Translations under genes and position numbers: made by a program | Shown here: one piece after another, positions 38,101 to 52,974 of the stretch | Layout: every line of letters begins with the position of its first letter | How positions within the stretch are numbered: the stretch's first letter is position 1 | The notes under the pieces: generated by a model | What the model was told of the DNA's origin: nothing | Database searches by the model: none | The model's input: only the letters and a program-made list of their open reading frames with translations | DNA from: Octopus vulgaris | Lineage: Eukaryota | Assembly: GCA_951406725.2 (NCBI GenBank) | Contig: OX597837.1 | Location: forward strand, 1,054,001 to 1,118,000 | Direction: 5' to 3' | DNA length: 64,000 nucleotides

Positions 38101-38506
38101 TCAAAATAAGCAACAAGGATATCCAAGGTAGTGTAGTACAATCGTTTCATGCTACTTCATTTTATTAAACACTGTAAGTATTACATCAGTTTTGAAATGT
38201 AGAGCATTATTCAGCCACATATAGAATTTTAAAAATTAAATAGACAATGTACATTTTTTATAAAAAATCTGCAGATGGAGAAGGACCTTCTACTAACTAC
38301 CATGTTCTTATATATCTACCCTCTTTGTAATGTTGGCAAATGAAAAAGTATAAATGTACATTGTCTATTTAATTAAAAAATTGTATATATGTCTGAAGAA
38401 TGCTCTACATTTTAAAACTGATGTAATACTTACATTGTTTAATAAAATGAAGTAGCATGAAACGATTGTACTACACTACCTTGGATATCCTTGTTGCTTA
38501 TTTTGA
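38101..38506. repeat. Long inverted repeat (~155-bp arms, ~95-bp spacer), probable Penelope-like inverted terminal structure
   Basis: 38101-38256 is the near reverse complement of 38352-38506. Confidence 0.92.
38388..38475 (+). ncRNA. Hammerhead-like motif with 59-nt stem II (partner copy on - strand, 38132-38219), degenerate
   Basis: CTGAAGA-ATGC...GCAT-GAAA-CGATTG-TA-CTACA. The + copy lacks GG of stem I. The - copy has stem I (TGTGG/CTACA) but core CTGAATA. Confidence 0.6.
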
Positions 38507-38574
38507 GTATATATATATATATAAAGTTTGCAAGATTCTTTATGGGAATTTGAGTGTTGAAGCATATTTTATTT

Positions 38575-38780
38575 TGTCTGGGGAGAGTCATTCTCTTTTA
38601 GTTTCTTATTATTTAATAGTCACCAGTTCGAAATCCTCTCATTTACTTATTGTTTTCTATTGGAAAGGTTGTAAGACGCAACGAATATTTTAGAAAGAAT
38701 AAATAATTGAGTGGCAATCGAACCGATGAGTTTGTTAAATAATAAGGCCCTAAAACAGAATGACTCTCTCCAGACACAGT
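38575..38780. repeat. Two inverted copies of a short interspersed terminus
   Basis: TGTCTGGGGAGAGTCATTCT..TTATTATTTAA (38575-38655) versus TTAAATAATAAG..AGAATGACTCTCTCCAGACA (38692-38780); third copy at about 53650-53735. Confidence 0.75.
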
Positions 38781-39239
38781 AATATATATAGGGTGGAGGG
38801 GGGGGGACATTTTTAAGGCGTCGCCTGCTCAATTCTGAGCAGGGCAAGTGAGGAACTAACATTGAACCTAAGTACTTTACAAGTATTTCGCTTAAAAATT
38901 TCGAAGGGACGAAAATCTAAATTGATTTCGACGGAATTTCAGTTCCGACCTAAGAGAACCGAAAGAAATACCGCAATGTATTCTATGCAAAACGCTAAAA
39001 CCTCGAATAATTCGCCGCTTTATACAGAAATAAGTAAAACGAGACCTCAATGTTCAACATACTTTCTTCCTTGTTTCTTTTTCTTCTGTTATTCCCCTTC
39101 TACCTCTTTCGTCTACGTTTTCTTCCTTCTTCCTCGTCTTCTTCTTATTCTTCCTCTGCTTTCACATCGTCTTTTTCGTCTTATTCGATTTCTTATACTT
39201 CGCTTTCTTCGTCATTTTTTCCTTCTTCGCTTTTCGTCT

Positions 39240-39575
39240 TCATCTTTCAGTTTCTTCTTTCCTTCCTCCCCATCTTCTCCTTCTTCTTCTTCTTCTTCTT
39301 CTTCTTCTTCTTCTTCTTCTTCTTCTTCTTCTTCTTCTTCTTCTTCTTCTTCTCTTCTTCTTCTTCTCCTTCTTCTCCTTCTTCTTCTTCTTCTTCTTCT
39401 TCTTCTTCATCTTCTTCTCTCTTCTCCTTCTTCTTCTTCTTCTTCTTCTTCTTTCCTCCTCCTCCTTCTTCTTCTTCTTCTTCTTCTTCTTCTACTTCTT
39501 CTTCTTCTTCTTCTTCTCCTCCTCCTCATCCTTTTCTTCTTCTTCTTCTTCTTCTTCTTCTTCTTCTTCTTCTTC
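39240..39575. repeat. Long (TTC)n/(TCC)n polypyrimidine tract
   Basis: About 330 bp of almost pure pyrimidine on +; explains ORFs 38862..39878 and 39050..39841. Confidence 0.97.
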
Positions 39576-40133
39576 TGCTTCCCCTTAAGTTCTCCTTCTT
39601 CACCCTTTCTTCTTCCTGCTTTTTCTCCTTCCCTTTTTCTTCCCTTCTTCCTTTTCATTTTCTTTTTCCCATCTTCTCGTGTATGCATCAGTATGTGGCG
39701 CCGCGTAAGAAACACGTCACTACAGTCTCTAACCCCAGCCCCCAGCCGACCCCTCCCGCAACACCACCCACGCCCCAACCGACCCCCCGACTCCCTTATC
39801 ACACGTGCATCTGTCTTCCCTGGTTTTTGTCTTTACTTTAAGCAGGAAGTTTATTCATGGCATTCCAAAGTGACGTAACCGTATTTGTAGCGCGGAATCA
39901 GTGACGGCGGAGGGCGGTTTGTGATGGATGACGGAGCAGTTTTTAAATGGCTGCAACGCCAAAAACTACACCAACAACAACAAAACAACCACCACCAATA
40001 ATAATAATAATAATAATGGAAATAATAATATTAACAGTAACAAATGTTCATTTACTTTGCCAGAGGAGCTTAATGGGGCGGGTTTTTGACTTAGATACAG
40101 GGCCTACAATTTTTAGGGACAATAATAATAACA

Positions 40134-40176
<43 letters not shown>

Positions 40177-41613
40177 TTTCAATTATTTGTCTGAGGGGCA
40201 GGCAATGAAGGGGCTATTACAAGTTATGTAACGTGTGTGTGTGTGTGTGTGTATTGTGTGTGTGTGGTTTTTGGTGTTTTAGACATATCTCGGAAAAGAT
40301 ATAAATAAAAAGGAAAATGTATAAATATAATAAAATTTAAATGATAACAATACTAAACAGCAGCAACAGCAATAATAATAATAATAATAATAATGATGAT
40401 GATGATGATGATGATGATGATAATAATAATATTAATAATAATAAATGACTTATATAAACAAAGAAATAAATCAAAATTTTAATGAGAGTAGCGGTCTTAA
40501 GATGGCGGAAATTCCGTTTGATTGATTAGCAGTGACTCTAGACGTGTCAGGTGTGAAATGATACTGTTTGCTGTTGTGGTTACGGTGGTGGTGGTGGTGG
40601 TGGTGGTGTGAGTGTGTGGGGGAGGCTGGAATGGGGAGCTACTTCAGTTCTGTCACTGCTGTTGATATCGTTGCCACTGTTGCTGGTGGTGTACTCTGGT
40701 GGTTGCTGCTGCGACTGTAGTAGTTGTCTTCAGTGATTTTTCTTTTTCTTTTTTTTGCTGATTAGTGCCAGAGCGAACGTTTCAGTTTGTTGTTGTTGTT
40801 GTTTTGTCGTTTAGCCCACAGGTCAAACATTATCGAACAGACCCATGATCAAAGGCAATCCAACAATGACCATCTCATAATTCTTTTCGCTTATGAGCTA
40901 GAAACTATCCAGATACCATATTATCCGACCTGTTTCTGTGTTTGTTTGTTTTTAAAGCGATAGCGTACGATCCGAGGGCGACTTATTTAGCTGCTCTTTC
41001 TAGCTGGTCAAACACGCACGTTGATATTCCTTCATTGGCCGAGATATCTCGTTGAGATAAAAATAACGAGGTTTACCAAATATTGGTCCTAGTGGAACTG
41101 GAATTGCTGGTAGATGGACTTCTGATATTGGCGTTAGTATATGGCACGTGATGGTAGGTGTGGCAGTGGTGATAATAAAGAAATCAGTAATACAGGGGAT
41201 GGTACTCTTGTTGTTTGACCCTTGGTCAGTCACCAAATAATTCTAAAAGTAGCTTGTTGGTTCAGTAGCCAGTGTTGGATGGAGTGGCGCTGCAGTCTTT
41301 TGGTTCTGTTTCATACCCGCTGTTCAATACCCGCTGAGGCCATGTTTTTCTCTCATCGTTTCGGGGTCGATAAATGAAGTATTAGTAATGTATTGGGAAC
41401 GATTCTAGCAGCCAAAGCATCATGAGATCCTATCGTAATGTCTTTAGAAAATGAAAGAAACGTTGGATACTGTTGTCTGGAGTAAGCCCAAGCTGGAAAG
41501 TCTTTGATCTTAAGTCTCTTCATCAAAAGTCGGCCTAGGGCTATATAACAACAACAGCAACAACAATCACTACTACATCTGCTGCAACTGTGAATAAATA
41601 TTTGTATATAATA

Positions 41614-41968
41614 GGTGCAGGAATGCCTGTGTGGTAAGAAGTTTAGTTTCCAATCGCATGGTTCTGGGTTCAGTCCCACTGCGTGGCACCTTCGGCAGAT
41701 GTCTTCTGCTATTGCCTCGGGCCGACCAAAGCCTTGGGGAGATCTCCTAGACGGAAACTGAAAGAAGCTCGTGTTTGTCTACCACCACCTCTTGGTAACC
41801 GGTGTTGGTATGCTTATGTCTCTGTAACTCAGCGGTTCGGCAAAAGTATCCGATAGAATAAGTACCAGGCTTCAAAAAGAAGTATTGGGGGGGGGGGGTC
41901 GATTCATTCGGCTAAAATTCCTCAATACGGTGCCCCAGCATGGCCACAGTCTGACTGAAACGAGTGAA
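41614..41968 (+). mobile_element. SINE family B, full length, without the internal microsatellite
   Basis: GGTGCAGGAATGCCTGTGTGGTAAGAAG..GGGTTCAGTCCCACTGCGTGGCACC..GGTGCCCCAGCATGGCCACAGTC. Confidence 0.92.
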
Positions 41969-42893
41969 TGATGAAGGATAACAGGGATGCTGCTTAAAGA
42001 CTACAACAAAAAAAAAACAGAACAACAATAACAAAGACAACAACAATAGCAAAGATGACTTTACAGACAAAAACGATGACGAAAACAACAACAACAACAT
42101 CTGCTAACATCAACGTAAAGTGCGATGACAGAAAATGACGACGCCGACATCAAAACCAATAACGATGACGACACGACTATTCAAGCAACAGCGTTGCGAT
42201 GACAGAGATGAGAAGGGAACGTTTAATAAAACTAGTAACAATGGCGGTTATTAACACCACCAGGTATTAAGTGGATTAAGCTCGATGGCAACAATAGGAT
42301 GATGATGATGGTGATGGCTATTGTTATGATGATGGTTATGATGACGAATACGGTGGTGGTGACGACGCTGGTGGCGATGAAGTGTCGTTGCGGCTGTGGG
42401 GCTGGTGATGACGGGACTGGCGAAAGTTCTAATGAAACGATATTGTTAATGATGATGGTAATGATGATGGTGATCATCATAATAATCATCATTATTATTA
42501 CCGTCGTCATCGTCACCATCAGCACCACTACGACACTGATATGTGAGTGTAGTATGTGTGGTGGTAGTGGCGGTGGTTTGTGTGACGGAATGTTATGTAG
42601 TAGTAGTAGTAGTAGTTGAGGTGAGTCTGCTACCAGGTGTGTCATATCATTATGGGAAGGGGGAGAAGGACGAGGTGAGTGTGTAGGGGAGGTGGTGGCG
42701 GTTGTGATGGAAGTAGCAGTGGTATTTGTGGTGGGGTGGCGTGTGTGTGAAAGGTATGGTTTTGGTAATGGTGGCAACTGTGATGGAAATGGTGTCTGCT
42801 TGCGATGATGATGGTGGTGGTGGTGGTGGTGGAAATGGTGGCTGTGGTGACGATGTTGCTCATTGTGGGAGTGGTACTGATAGGGATGAGGTA

Positions 42894-42942
<49 letters not shown>

Positions 42943-43158
42943 CTGTGTGCGTGTAGTGTCAATAGGAATCGCTGTGTTATATATTCTGTCTAAATGTTGA
43001 CATTGATATATTGAGGAACTGGCAAGAAATGTCTGATCAGGAATCACAAAAGATGGAGTAGGTTGGTGTGCGCAGGGGGGTGGTTGTGGGATTGTCAGCG
43101 AGAGGCAAGAGATTGTGAGAGAGAATTAGACAGGTAGATAGAGGTAGCAGGAGTGTTT

Positions 43159-43191
<33 letters not shown>

Positions 43192-43333
43192 AGAGAGAGA
43201 GAGAGAGGGGGGCAGAGGGACAAACGAAGAAATGGCTAGATAGAGAGAGCGAAAGTAACATTCCATTCAAGTTAGGTGTTCAATGGTGCAGTAGTATGCA
43301 TTTGATGTTAATGTCCGTGTGTGTGTGTGTATG

Positions 43334-43378
<45 letters not shown>

Positions 43379-43522
43379 ATATATATATATATATACACAT
43401 ACATACGTGTGTGTGTGCGCGCGCACAAATATATATGTATATATGTATGCACATATCCATATATATATTTATGTACACATATGTGTGTGTAGACCTATTC
43501 ACACACACACATATATAAATGG

Positions 43523-43571
<49 letters not shown>

Positions 43572-43934
43572 GCATAAGGGAATCTAGGTGTATTTATACG
43601 CATATACAAATTTTTTTCTACAGTAAAATGTAACGCAAGAACGTTCGAAGTTTTATGTTATATCTTCTTTTTTGTGCCATATTTGGATTCGAACTCGTAT
43701 CTATTTACCCCAAATTCCCTCACTTCATCGTCTTCTTTCGTTGTACTTGCTTAAATATTTCCACCACATCTAGAAAAAAGATGTCTCGTTGAAGAGAATC
43801 GACAGTGAACGTGGTGATTGAGATGGGGTTGGGGAATGGTTGTTACAGTTCTTATTGATGATAGTTGCGATGGTGGTTGTTAATTGTATTGGTTGTTGTG
43901 GTTATTTGGTTCTAGTTGTCGTATATCTCTAGAT

Positions 43935-44710
<776 letters not shown>

Positions 44711-46627
44711 CTCTAGATAAAACTCCCATCCAAAATCTTCATTGGTATTTCGCCTCGGGTCAACCCTGATTGAGCGAATCTGGCCAAAGAAGTTCCAGCC
44801 GTAACCAAGACACCTGATTTTGATTCGACAGACGTTTCACTGTTATTTGTAGTAGGTCAGTCGCCCCACGTTGACGGTAACCTCGTCAGGCAGCCCCGTT
44901 GTTGCTGCTGTTGTTGCCGGTGCTGATGTTATTGCTTGCTGCTGCTGCTGCTGCTGCCTGCTGCTGCTGCTGCTGTTGTCGTTATTCTTGTTATTTCATT
45001 ATTTTACATGGCTCGATCGGTGACAGGAGACACGTGCGACATCAGTTTGCGTTGGAAACCTCTTTGCATCGACGACGACGATAATGAATCCCAACAACAG
45101 CATTTACCAGAAACCTGCAATATCAACGACGACAACAACAACAGCAACAACAAGAATACTACCATTAAAACAATGAATTAATCAGTTTAATCTTTTAGAT
45201 ATGAACTCAAAATTCATTAAGATAATAAGGGTGAGAATATTTAATTAATTTTTGATGATTATGTGGAGAAGAAGAGAAATTCAGTGACTGGTATTAGTTT
45301 AAACTGTTTTTGGTAAGGATGACAAATTCGGCCAGGTTTCCCCCTTATTAGAACTCTTCAGCGAAGTATAGCACTTTCTATAATTGCCAAACTATTGACG
45401 TATAGTAATATATATAAATTTACACGAAGTAGCACGAGTAATTATGCATTAGCAATTATCATCATGACCCCTGCCAACAGCACCACAACCAATAGATATA
45501 CTACCAGCAATGACAGCTACAACACTAGCAACACCGATGCCTCCCCTCAAAACACCACCACCTTTTCCGATACCACTGACATCACCACTAATACCACGAT
45601 CAAAGCTGCCGCCACTACCAACATGACCATCACCACCGCCTTTAATATCAACATCCTCACCAAAGCCATCGCCTACAACAACTACAACAGTACAACAGTA
45701 CTTATGTAGCCGCTTGGCCGGCTAGAAATAGTAACCAAATTTATCTCGTTTCCTATTGTACTGTCTTAAAAATGCAGGACATGTTGGATAATGTGGTCCT
45801 AGGTTCACTGGTGTATAGGAAAAAGGTGGGATGTTCACGGCTGGGATGCCTTTGGTTATAAATCTTCTCGATCAGTGCCGGCCTGTGGCTAAACGACAAC
45901 CAAAACAGCAACAACAAATGGCGGGCATCATTCAAATCGTCACCACCACCATCACCCACACCGCCAACGCCGCCACCGACACTACCACCCACTACCGTGG
46001 CCATCACCACTGAATATAATCCCAGTTGTAAGTGAGAGTGTAAAAGATGACAGTGTAAAAAATAAGAGAGTGGGTGGGGAGAGAGAATTCTGGGAAGGAT
46101 GAGGCTGTTGGGGGAGGTTGAAGGAGTTGGGGGGGGGAAGGGCAACGTCACTGTGGAATGCGGAAATCGTGTGTGTGTGTGTGCTTTCTCCATGCGTGTC
46201 TGTGATAATTATTCTTATCCATCACCATCATCATCGCCATCACCGTCGTTATTTGCAACATTATCTTCTTCACCCCTACCAACCCCATCTTCATCATCAC
46301 CATCACCATCCACCATAACACAAACGCTGTCGTCCTTGTCTTCGTCACTGTCACCACCGACACCACCATCAGTTATCGTTGATGATCAAGCACCATCATC
46401 ATCATCATCATCATCATCATCGAGATTGTTAGCACATAGATTAAATGAGATAATGTTCCAGAGACAATCAGAAGAGATGAATGACAGAAAGAAAAAACAA
46501 AATCCCGCTCACAACAGCTGCTGCTGCTGCTTGAACAAAAACAAAGATGCTTTCTCTTGTAACTGTGAAGCTTCGTGCAAATGTGAGAAAAAATAAAAAA
46601 AAAAAAAGATTATAATGATGATAATGA

Positions 46628-46846
46628 TTTCAAATTTTTGGCACAAAGCCAGCAATTTCACGGGGCGGGGGAGTGGCTAATCTGTTATAGTGACTGCAGT
46701 GCTTAACTGGCACTTATTTCATCGACCCCGAAAGGATGAAAGGCAAAGTCGACCTCGGCGGAATTTGAACTCAGAACGTAACGGCAGACGAAATACCGCT
46801 AAGCATTTCGCCCGGCGTGTTAACGTTTCTGCCAGCTCGTCGCCTT
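46628..46846 (-). mobile_element. SINE family A, full length (second partial copy 46861-46961)
   Basis: ATCGACCCCGAAAGGATGAAAGGCAAAGTCGACCTCGGCGGAATTTGAACTCAGAACGTAACGGCAGACGAAATACCGCTAAGCATTTCGCCCGGCGTG. Confidence 0.93.
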
Positions 46847-47301
46847 AATGATAATAATAATCCTTTCTACTCGAAGCACAAAGCTTCAAATATGAGAGAA
46901 GGGATTAAGTCGATTACATCGACCCCAATACGCAGCTGGTACTTAATTTATCGGCCCCGAAGTATAATAGTAATAATAATAATTTCTTTTATTTATAGGG
47001 GGCATTACAATGATGGGGACATTACAATGTGTGTAGGGTTTACATAAAAGATAGAAGTAAAGAAAGGAAACGCAGATAAAAGCATACAAAGCGTGTAATA
47101 AAGTGAGGCAATCGTCTTGATACAGGAAAAACTCCGGCTGGGTCCAGTCAAGGATCATTGCAGATCCAGGATTAAGCTGACCACCACGGGCACAAGCTTT
47201 CATCTAAATCTTGTTCTCCAGTCTACAGGTGAATGTTTAGTGAAGGTTCATTCAACCTTACCATTTGTGCCCCAGTCACCCTAACTTTTTAAAAATTCAA
47301 T

Positions 47302-47366
<65 letters not shown>

Positions 47367-48744
47367 TCCTCTCAACGTTCGCTTTCTTTTTCAAATTAAA
47401 TTTATTAAAGTGGCTTGATAATGAGATTCAAATTTTAGCACGTGAGGATGAGAAGTGGCCACTACCATCGATCGAGTAATGGACAGGCAAATGATTTTAT
47501 AAACCTTGGGAAAATATAAGGCAAAGCTACAAAACCCGCCGTATGAAAGGGGTTAAAAGTATGTAAGGACGCATAACAGCATGCGATAGCGCACACATAT
47601 TAATGTAGGCAAAATACCCGCGTGACATTACGATGAAATAAAAGAAAGATGAAGTAAAAAAAACAAAAGTTAAAACAACGGATTAAGGCATGACACAACT
47701 AGAGATCGCGGCTCAAGTCTCTTGAGCCGCAGAGTGAAGATCAAGGCAATACCATCATCATTGTTTGCTGCGTACTTAAATATAAAATGATGACGTTGAT
47801 TCCGACAATGGACACCAGGATGGTAATGGTGGAAGTGGTCGAAGATGATGATGACGTTGGAGAGACATCGACAGTGCTGACGATAAGATTGATGGCATGA
47901 CGACTTCAATAATTTCAATGAAAGCGGCGGTGACGATAAGCATCTTGTTCTTGTTGATGGCGATGATAACGATATTCAGGATAATGACGAAGATGAGGGA
48001 GAAGTTTGACTTTAATAAATTGTTAAAATTGACGATGATGGTGATGATGATGATGACAGCGAAAAACAGAGGAAAGACAAAGGGAGTGTCAGCATGCTGG
48101 AGTAGTAGGGGTTAAGAAACAATGAACACTTCACAGCCCCCATACCCCGCGTCACACCACCTCCACCACCTTTAATGCATTAAACCACTACACCGCACCA
48201 CAACACCACTCCTTCAATATCATACCACCACGACCACCACCTCCACGTAGTGCCACATTAGTACAACATATAACATTGTAACACACACCAGACCATGGCT
48301 ACACCACAACCGCTACTACCGCCACCACTGCCACGGGGCACCACACCTCACACCCACCGCACTAAACGACCCACCACACCAAATCTTAGAATCCATCTGT
48401 GACAGGTCGTTATGACGTGTGAAAGAAGGCGAAGCAAGACGTATATTGATTGGGCTGCCGACTGTCACGTGAGGATGACGTGTATTTTCTGATTTGTTGT
48501 TGTTGATTAATACAACAACAAATAGTAAGAAGAAGAAAGCAAGATATTTGAGTTTGAAATAAATTGAAATAACGGAATTAAAATTGGGCAAAAAGTCATC
48601 TGATATGGCGGCGGCGTCTGATGCTGCTTTGCTTCCTCATAGTCAGCGCCCCACTTTTCTGGTCTGTGTGTGTGTGTGTGTGTGTATTCGTATATGTATG
48701 CATATGTGTGTATATATGTGTATGTATGTATATATATATGTATG

Positions 48745-48797
<53 letters not shown>

Positions 48798-49608
48798 GGG
48801 GAGCTCGTGTATATGTGTGTGTGAGTGCATGCATATATATGCGTAAATATAATATGTATACGTGCGTGTGCATACATATATAGATACACACACACACAAT
48901 ATTACTAAACAGTGTGTATTACATGCATTCCCTCCTAAATTTTACTAATTGCATTTCGCGCAACTATAAATAAGTGTATATATTTTATTACATATACAGA
49001 TATAGCTACATATTTCATTAAGTGCACACACGTGCATATACAGATACTAAACACTATATTTACACATACACACACACATATATATGTATACACTAAACAC
49101 ATATTCACATACATAAAGGTAGATAGAATGTTACACACACACACATACACACACATGTATGTATGTATGTATGTATGTATGTATATATGTATGCATGTAT
49201 GTATGTATGTATGTATGTATGTATGTATGTATGTATGTATGGTATGTATGTATGGTATGTATGTATGGTATGTATGTATGTACGTATGTATACACACACG
49301 CATAACAAGCACACCCTCTGGCTCAAACCGTAATAAAGGACCAAACCAATTTTCGCTTTGAAGCGCAGCCATTAATTCTTTCATCTGGTGTAGTTGGCGC
49401 GAATGCTCAAAAGCTAATTTCCACTTTCATTGTGTAAATATAGACACATATTTTCCTTTTATATTTTCGGGTTGTTAGCTCGTTATGATCCATTTAGGGA
49501 GTTATAGTTTGCTTGTTACTACTCTATAACGCCTAACATTCAGAGTTCGAATTCCACTGCAACCTTGATATATATTTTTAGCAATATTTTGTAATGAATT
49601 AGTGATAA

Positions 49609-49720
49609 GGCGACGAAATGCCAGAATCGTTAGCGCACTGGGCAAAATGCTTAGCGTAATTTCGTTTGTCTTTATGTTCTGAGTTCAAATTCCGCCGTGG
49701 TCCACTTTACCTTTAATTCT
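49609..49720 (+). mobile_element. SINE family A 5' half
   Basis: CAGAATCGTTAGCGCAC..AAATGCTTAGC..GTTCTGAGTTCAAATTCCGCCG. Confidence 0.82.
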
Positions 49721-49880
49721 GTTCTAGTTCCGATCTGAACCGTTGAAGGTTTTTATATCCTCCAACGACTAAGGCAGTGTCAGCTGCCAAGTGCAGGTCT
49801 TTCAGTCTCGTCTGTTGTTTCTATAGTATTTCTCCATTAGGTATGTTGCTTTCATTAGAATATAGCTGGAATCGACTGGG

Positions 49881-49924
<44 letters not shown>

Positions 49925-49926
49925 AA

Positions 49927-50482
49927 CAGACATGCAGGAAGTAAATAGACACCTTTAATTTTCAAAATCTTTTATTACATATTAATTGGCTGAAGGAGAG
50001 GTTTTCTTCTAGCTGCTCGTCCATAATACCCAAGCTTATGCAGATATGTAACACACGTTCTTGGACTTAACTTCTAGATGTTTTGCAATATCAGAAGCCT
50101 TCGAACGGGGTTCGTTTTCCACAATTCTTCACAAATACGATGGCTCAGGTCAGCCGGGACGAGAATGTGTAGATTCTTTACCTTGGCTTTTGAATTGCAC
50201 TATAATTCTATTAACAGTAGCAAGAGGAATTTGAAGATTTTCTGCAATTTTTCGTTGGCTAAGACCAGCCTCAGATTGCCTAACAATACGACCTCTTTGA
50301 AAATTTGACAGTTGTGCTGATTTTTTTATGCGTGATATGGATACTCTTCGCAAATGTTTAACATAATGGCTCCTGGAAGGAAAAACAATAATTACATTGT
50401 AAATTCTGCACCGCTGAAAACATATTACGACGCTTAGATCAGAAATTATGAAAATTAAAGGTGTTTATTTACTTCCTGCATG

Positions 50483-50486
<4 letters not shown>
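49927..50486 (-). mobile_element. Internally deleted Tc1-family transposon
   Basis: TIRs of about 38 bp: CAGACATGCAGGAAGTAAATAGACACCTTTAATTTTCA / TGAAAATTAAAGGTGTTTATTTACTTCCTGCATGTCTG|TA, within (TA)n; encloses a Tc1 N-terminal HTH remnant. Confidence 0.93.
50080..50353 (-). pseudogene. Tc1 transposase N-terminal DNA-binding (HTH) remnant
   Basis: [54 protein letters not shown] (GRP motif mutated to a stop), followed by RIVENEPRSKASDIAK; no DDE domain. Confidence 0.85.
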
Positions 50487-50518
<32 letters not shown>

Positions 50519-50962
50519 AAATACATCCCCTCTGCCAAGCCATGTAAAGCCAGTGTGGCAGAGTAGGCTCATCAGACCATTATGTTCTCAAGCTTAAATT
50601 GATGGCCTCCAAATTGAACACTGGTCGGTGGAGAGACCATACTGAGGTCTTAATCCAGCATCGGGCAACACACAATGGAATCCAATTCAATCAATGGCTG
50701 AACTTTTACAACCCCGGGTAGCGTTCTACGTACAGACGATAGAATCTGGCATGTGGAATACAGTCACTAGAGTTACATTGACCAGCTGAGATTATCCAGG
50801 TAATCATAGAACGAAAACTCCTTCAGGGGTGGGATCTAAAATTTAAAAACAGATCAAGAAATCCTATAAGATCTAGTAATTGAAATTTCTGGATATAAAA
50901 TACAGATATTGCATGGATATTTTAACATACATACACATGCACGCGTGCGCGCGCGCGCGCGC

Positions 50963-51013
<51 letters not shown>

Positions 51014-51772
51014 CTCTCTCTATTCCTACGCTTCCCCCCTCTCTCTCTCTCTAAGATGGTTTTAAATATTTCAAGAGGGTCTTGCCCAACTGCTATTTAC
51101 AAATCATCTGAAAATCAAGTCTCACTTTGGCTAATGTAGTCCAGGCTACACACAGCCTAAATGAAAGGCGAGATGATCAGGTTTGTAACACCTATGCTTA
51201 TAGTTCGACTCGATTATTTACTGACCTGGGGTTAAACACCACCAATTACTGCTACGTGAGCCATACTGTCGCCTTCGCTAGAATATCCAAGACTACCTCT
51301 CCTTTATTACATCCACCACAACCGCTACAGGCATAACCACTTGTAGGGATGGATGGATGTGTGTATGTATGTGTGTGTATTTATGCATGCGATGATTCAC
51401 TTTATTATGGATATTACCACTTGTATGCATTTTTCATTCTACACACACTGTCTGTCTGTCACCTCCCACCCACACGTGTGTGTGAGTGTCTTTTCTTTCA
51501 TTTGTCCATTCACTCGTGTCTGTGTGTATATATATATTTACACACACGTACATATACACTCTAGCTATCTATTAATATATATATGCGCACACTCACCTGC
51601 TCTCCGGCATATATACATGAGTATATGTAAGTATATTTAATGTGCATATGTATAAACACACCTACATATGTGTATGTATAATATATACAACCACACAAAC
51701 TTATTGGTTTATTTAATCTTTCCACGAAAGCATATACATATAGGTCTGTGTGTGTATGTGTGTGTGTGTGTA

Positions 51773-51805
<33 letters not shown>

Positions 51806-52974
51806 ATATCATCCATTCACACACGCGTATTATATATATATGCTCTTTCCCTCACTCAACATTACTCTTCTACCCTTTTACTGTCTCCCCGCTCAAAACC
51901 ACTGGCTATTACACCATCAAAGGTCCAACACTGACCACCACGCCATTAATCCAACATCAATGTCCAAAATGATTAACGTCTCTGGCCATTGGAATCTGCT
52001 GAGGCTTTACACCGTTTCAAGTAAAATATTTTGGTGACAATAGTAGTGGGGGTGGGTGAAAAGGGGTTATGGAGCGGGCTACAGAGAGGAAAATCAGGGA
52101 CCAGGGAGAGGTGGGTCCACAGCTGGGAGCAGACATTGTGGTCAAAGGGGTGTGGGAGTGGCGAGTTCATCAATAGGTTCCACGCTCCAAGCCGCATTGT
52201 AACTAAGCGTGACACACCTCTTTCATAGCCATAATCAGATTTTGGGAGTTTTGTGGTGGCGCTTAGATAACCGACAACAGCAATAACAACAAGAAAAACA
52301 ATGGCAATAACCACAACAGCAGCAACAACAACAGGGAAATAGCAAGAACAACAACATGCAATGCTGAAAATAACAGCAGCAATCTACAGCAGCAGTAACA
52401 GCGGCAGCAGCAACAACATTAACGACAATAACGACACCATCAGCAGCAGTATTGATAACTTCAACAGCACCAACACTAGCAGCAATGGCAATACCACCAC
52501 CACCACCACCACCACCACCACAAAAGCAATTCCAACTGCTGAGAGACCTCTAAGCAATGAGATTATCTCTACGTGGTCGTTCGACCTGTTAGTTAGAAAT
52601 AGCAGCCAAATCTCCCTTAATACACCATTTTGCTGGAATAAAAAAAAAATTAATAGCAGATTGGATAATGAAGATAGATTTTAATTTTTGAATATTGACA
52701 AATGGATAATTTTTGATGATAGAACTGGAGGAAATTTGTTTTTGTCACTGCCAGACATGCTATAAATTACAGCTAAATATCTCTACTTTCGTATCATATT
52801 ATCTTGCAAAAACAAAGGTAGGCGCTATAGTGCTAGATATAACTATTCTGAAAATAAGAAAGAAGATATGGTTGTAGCTTGGACAGCTTGGTTTTAGTTC
52901 TACTGGAAGTAGGAAGATTTCAGTGTGTGTATTAATAAACGAAAAGCTTTAAACAGTTAAGTCAAAAGATATTT

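Noticed and set aside
50527-50580. Minus-strand CTGATGAGCC next to an 8-bp hairpin
   Set aside because: No GAAA core segment; likely part of a LINE 5' relic.
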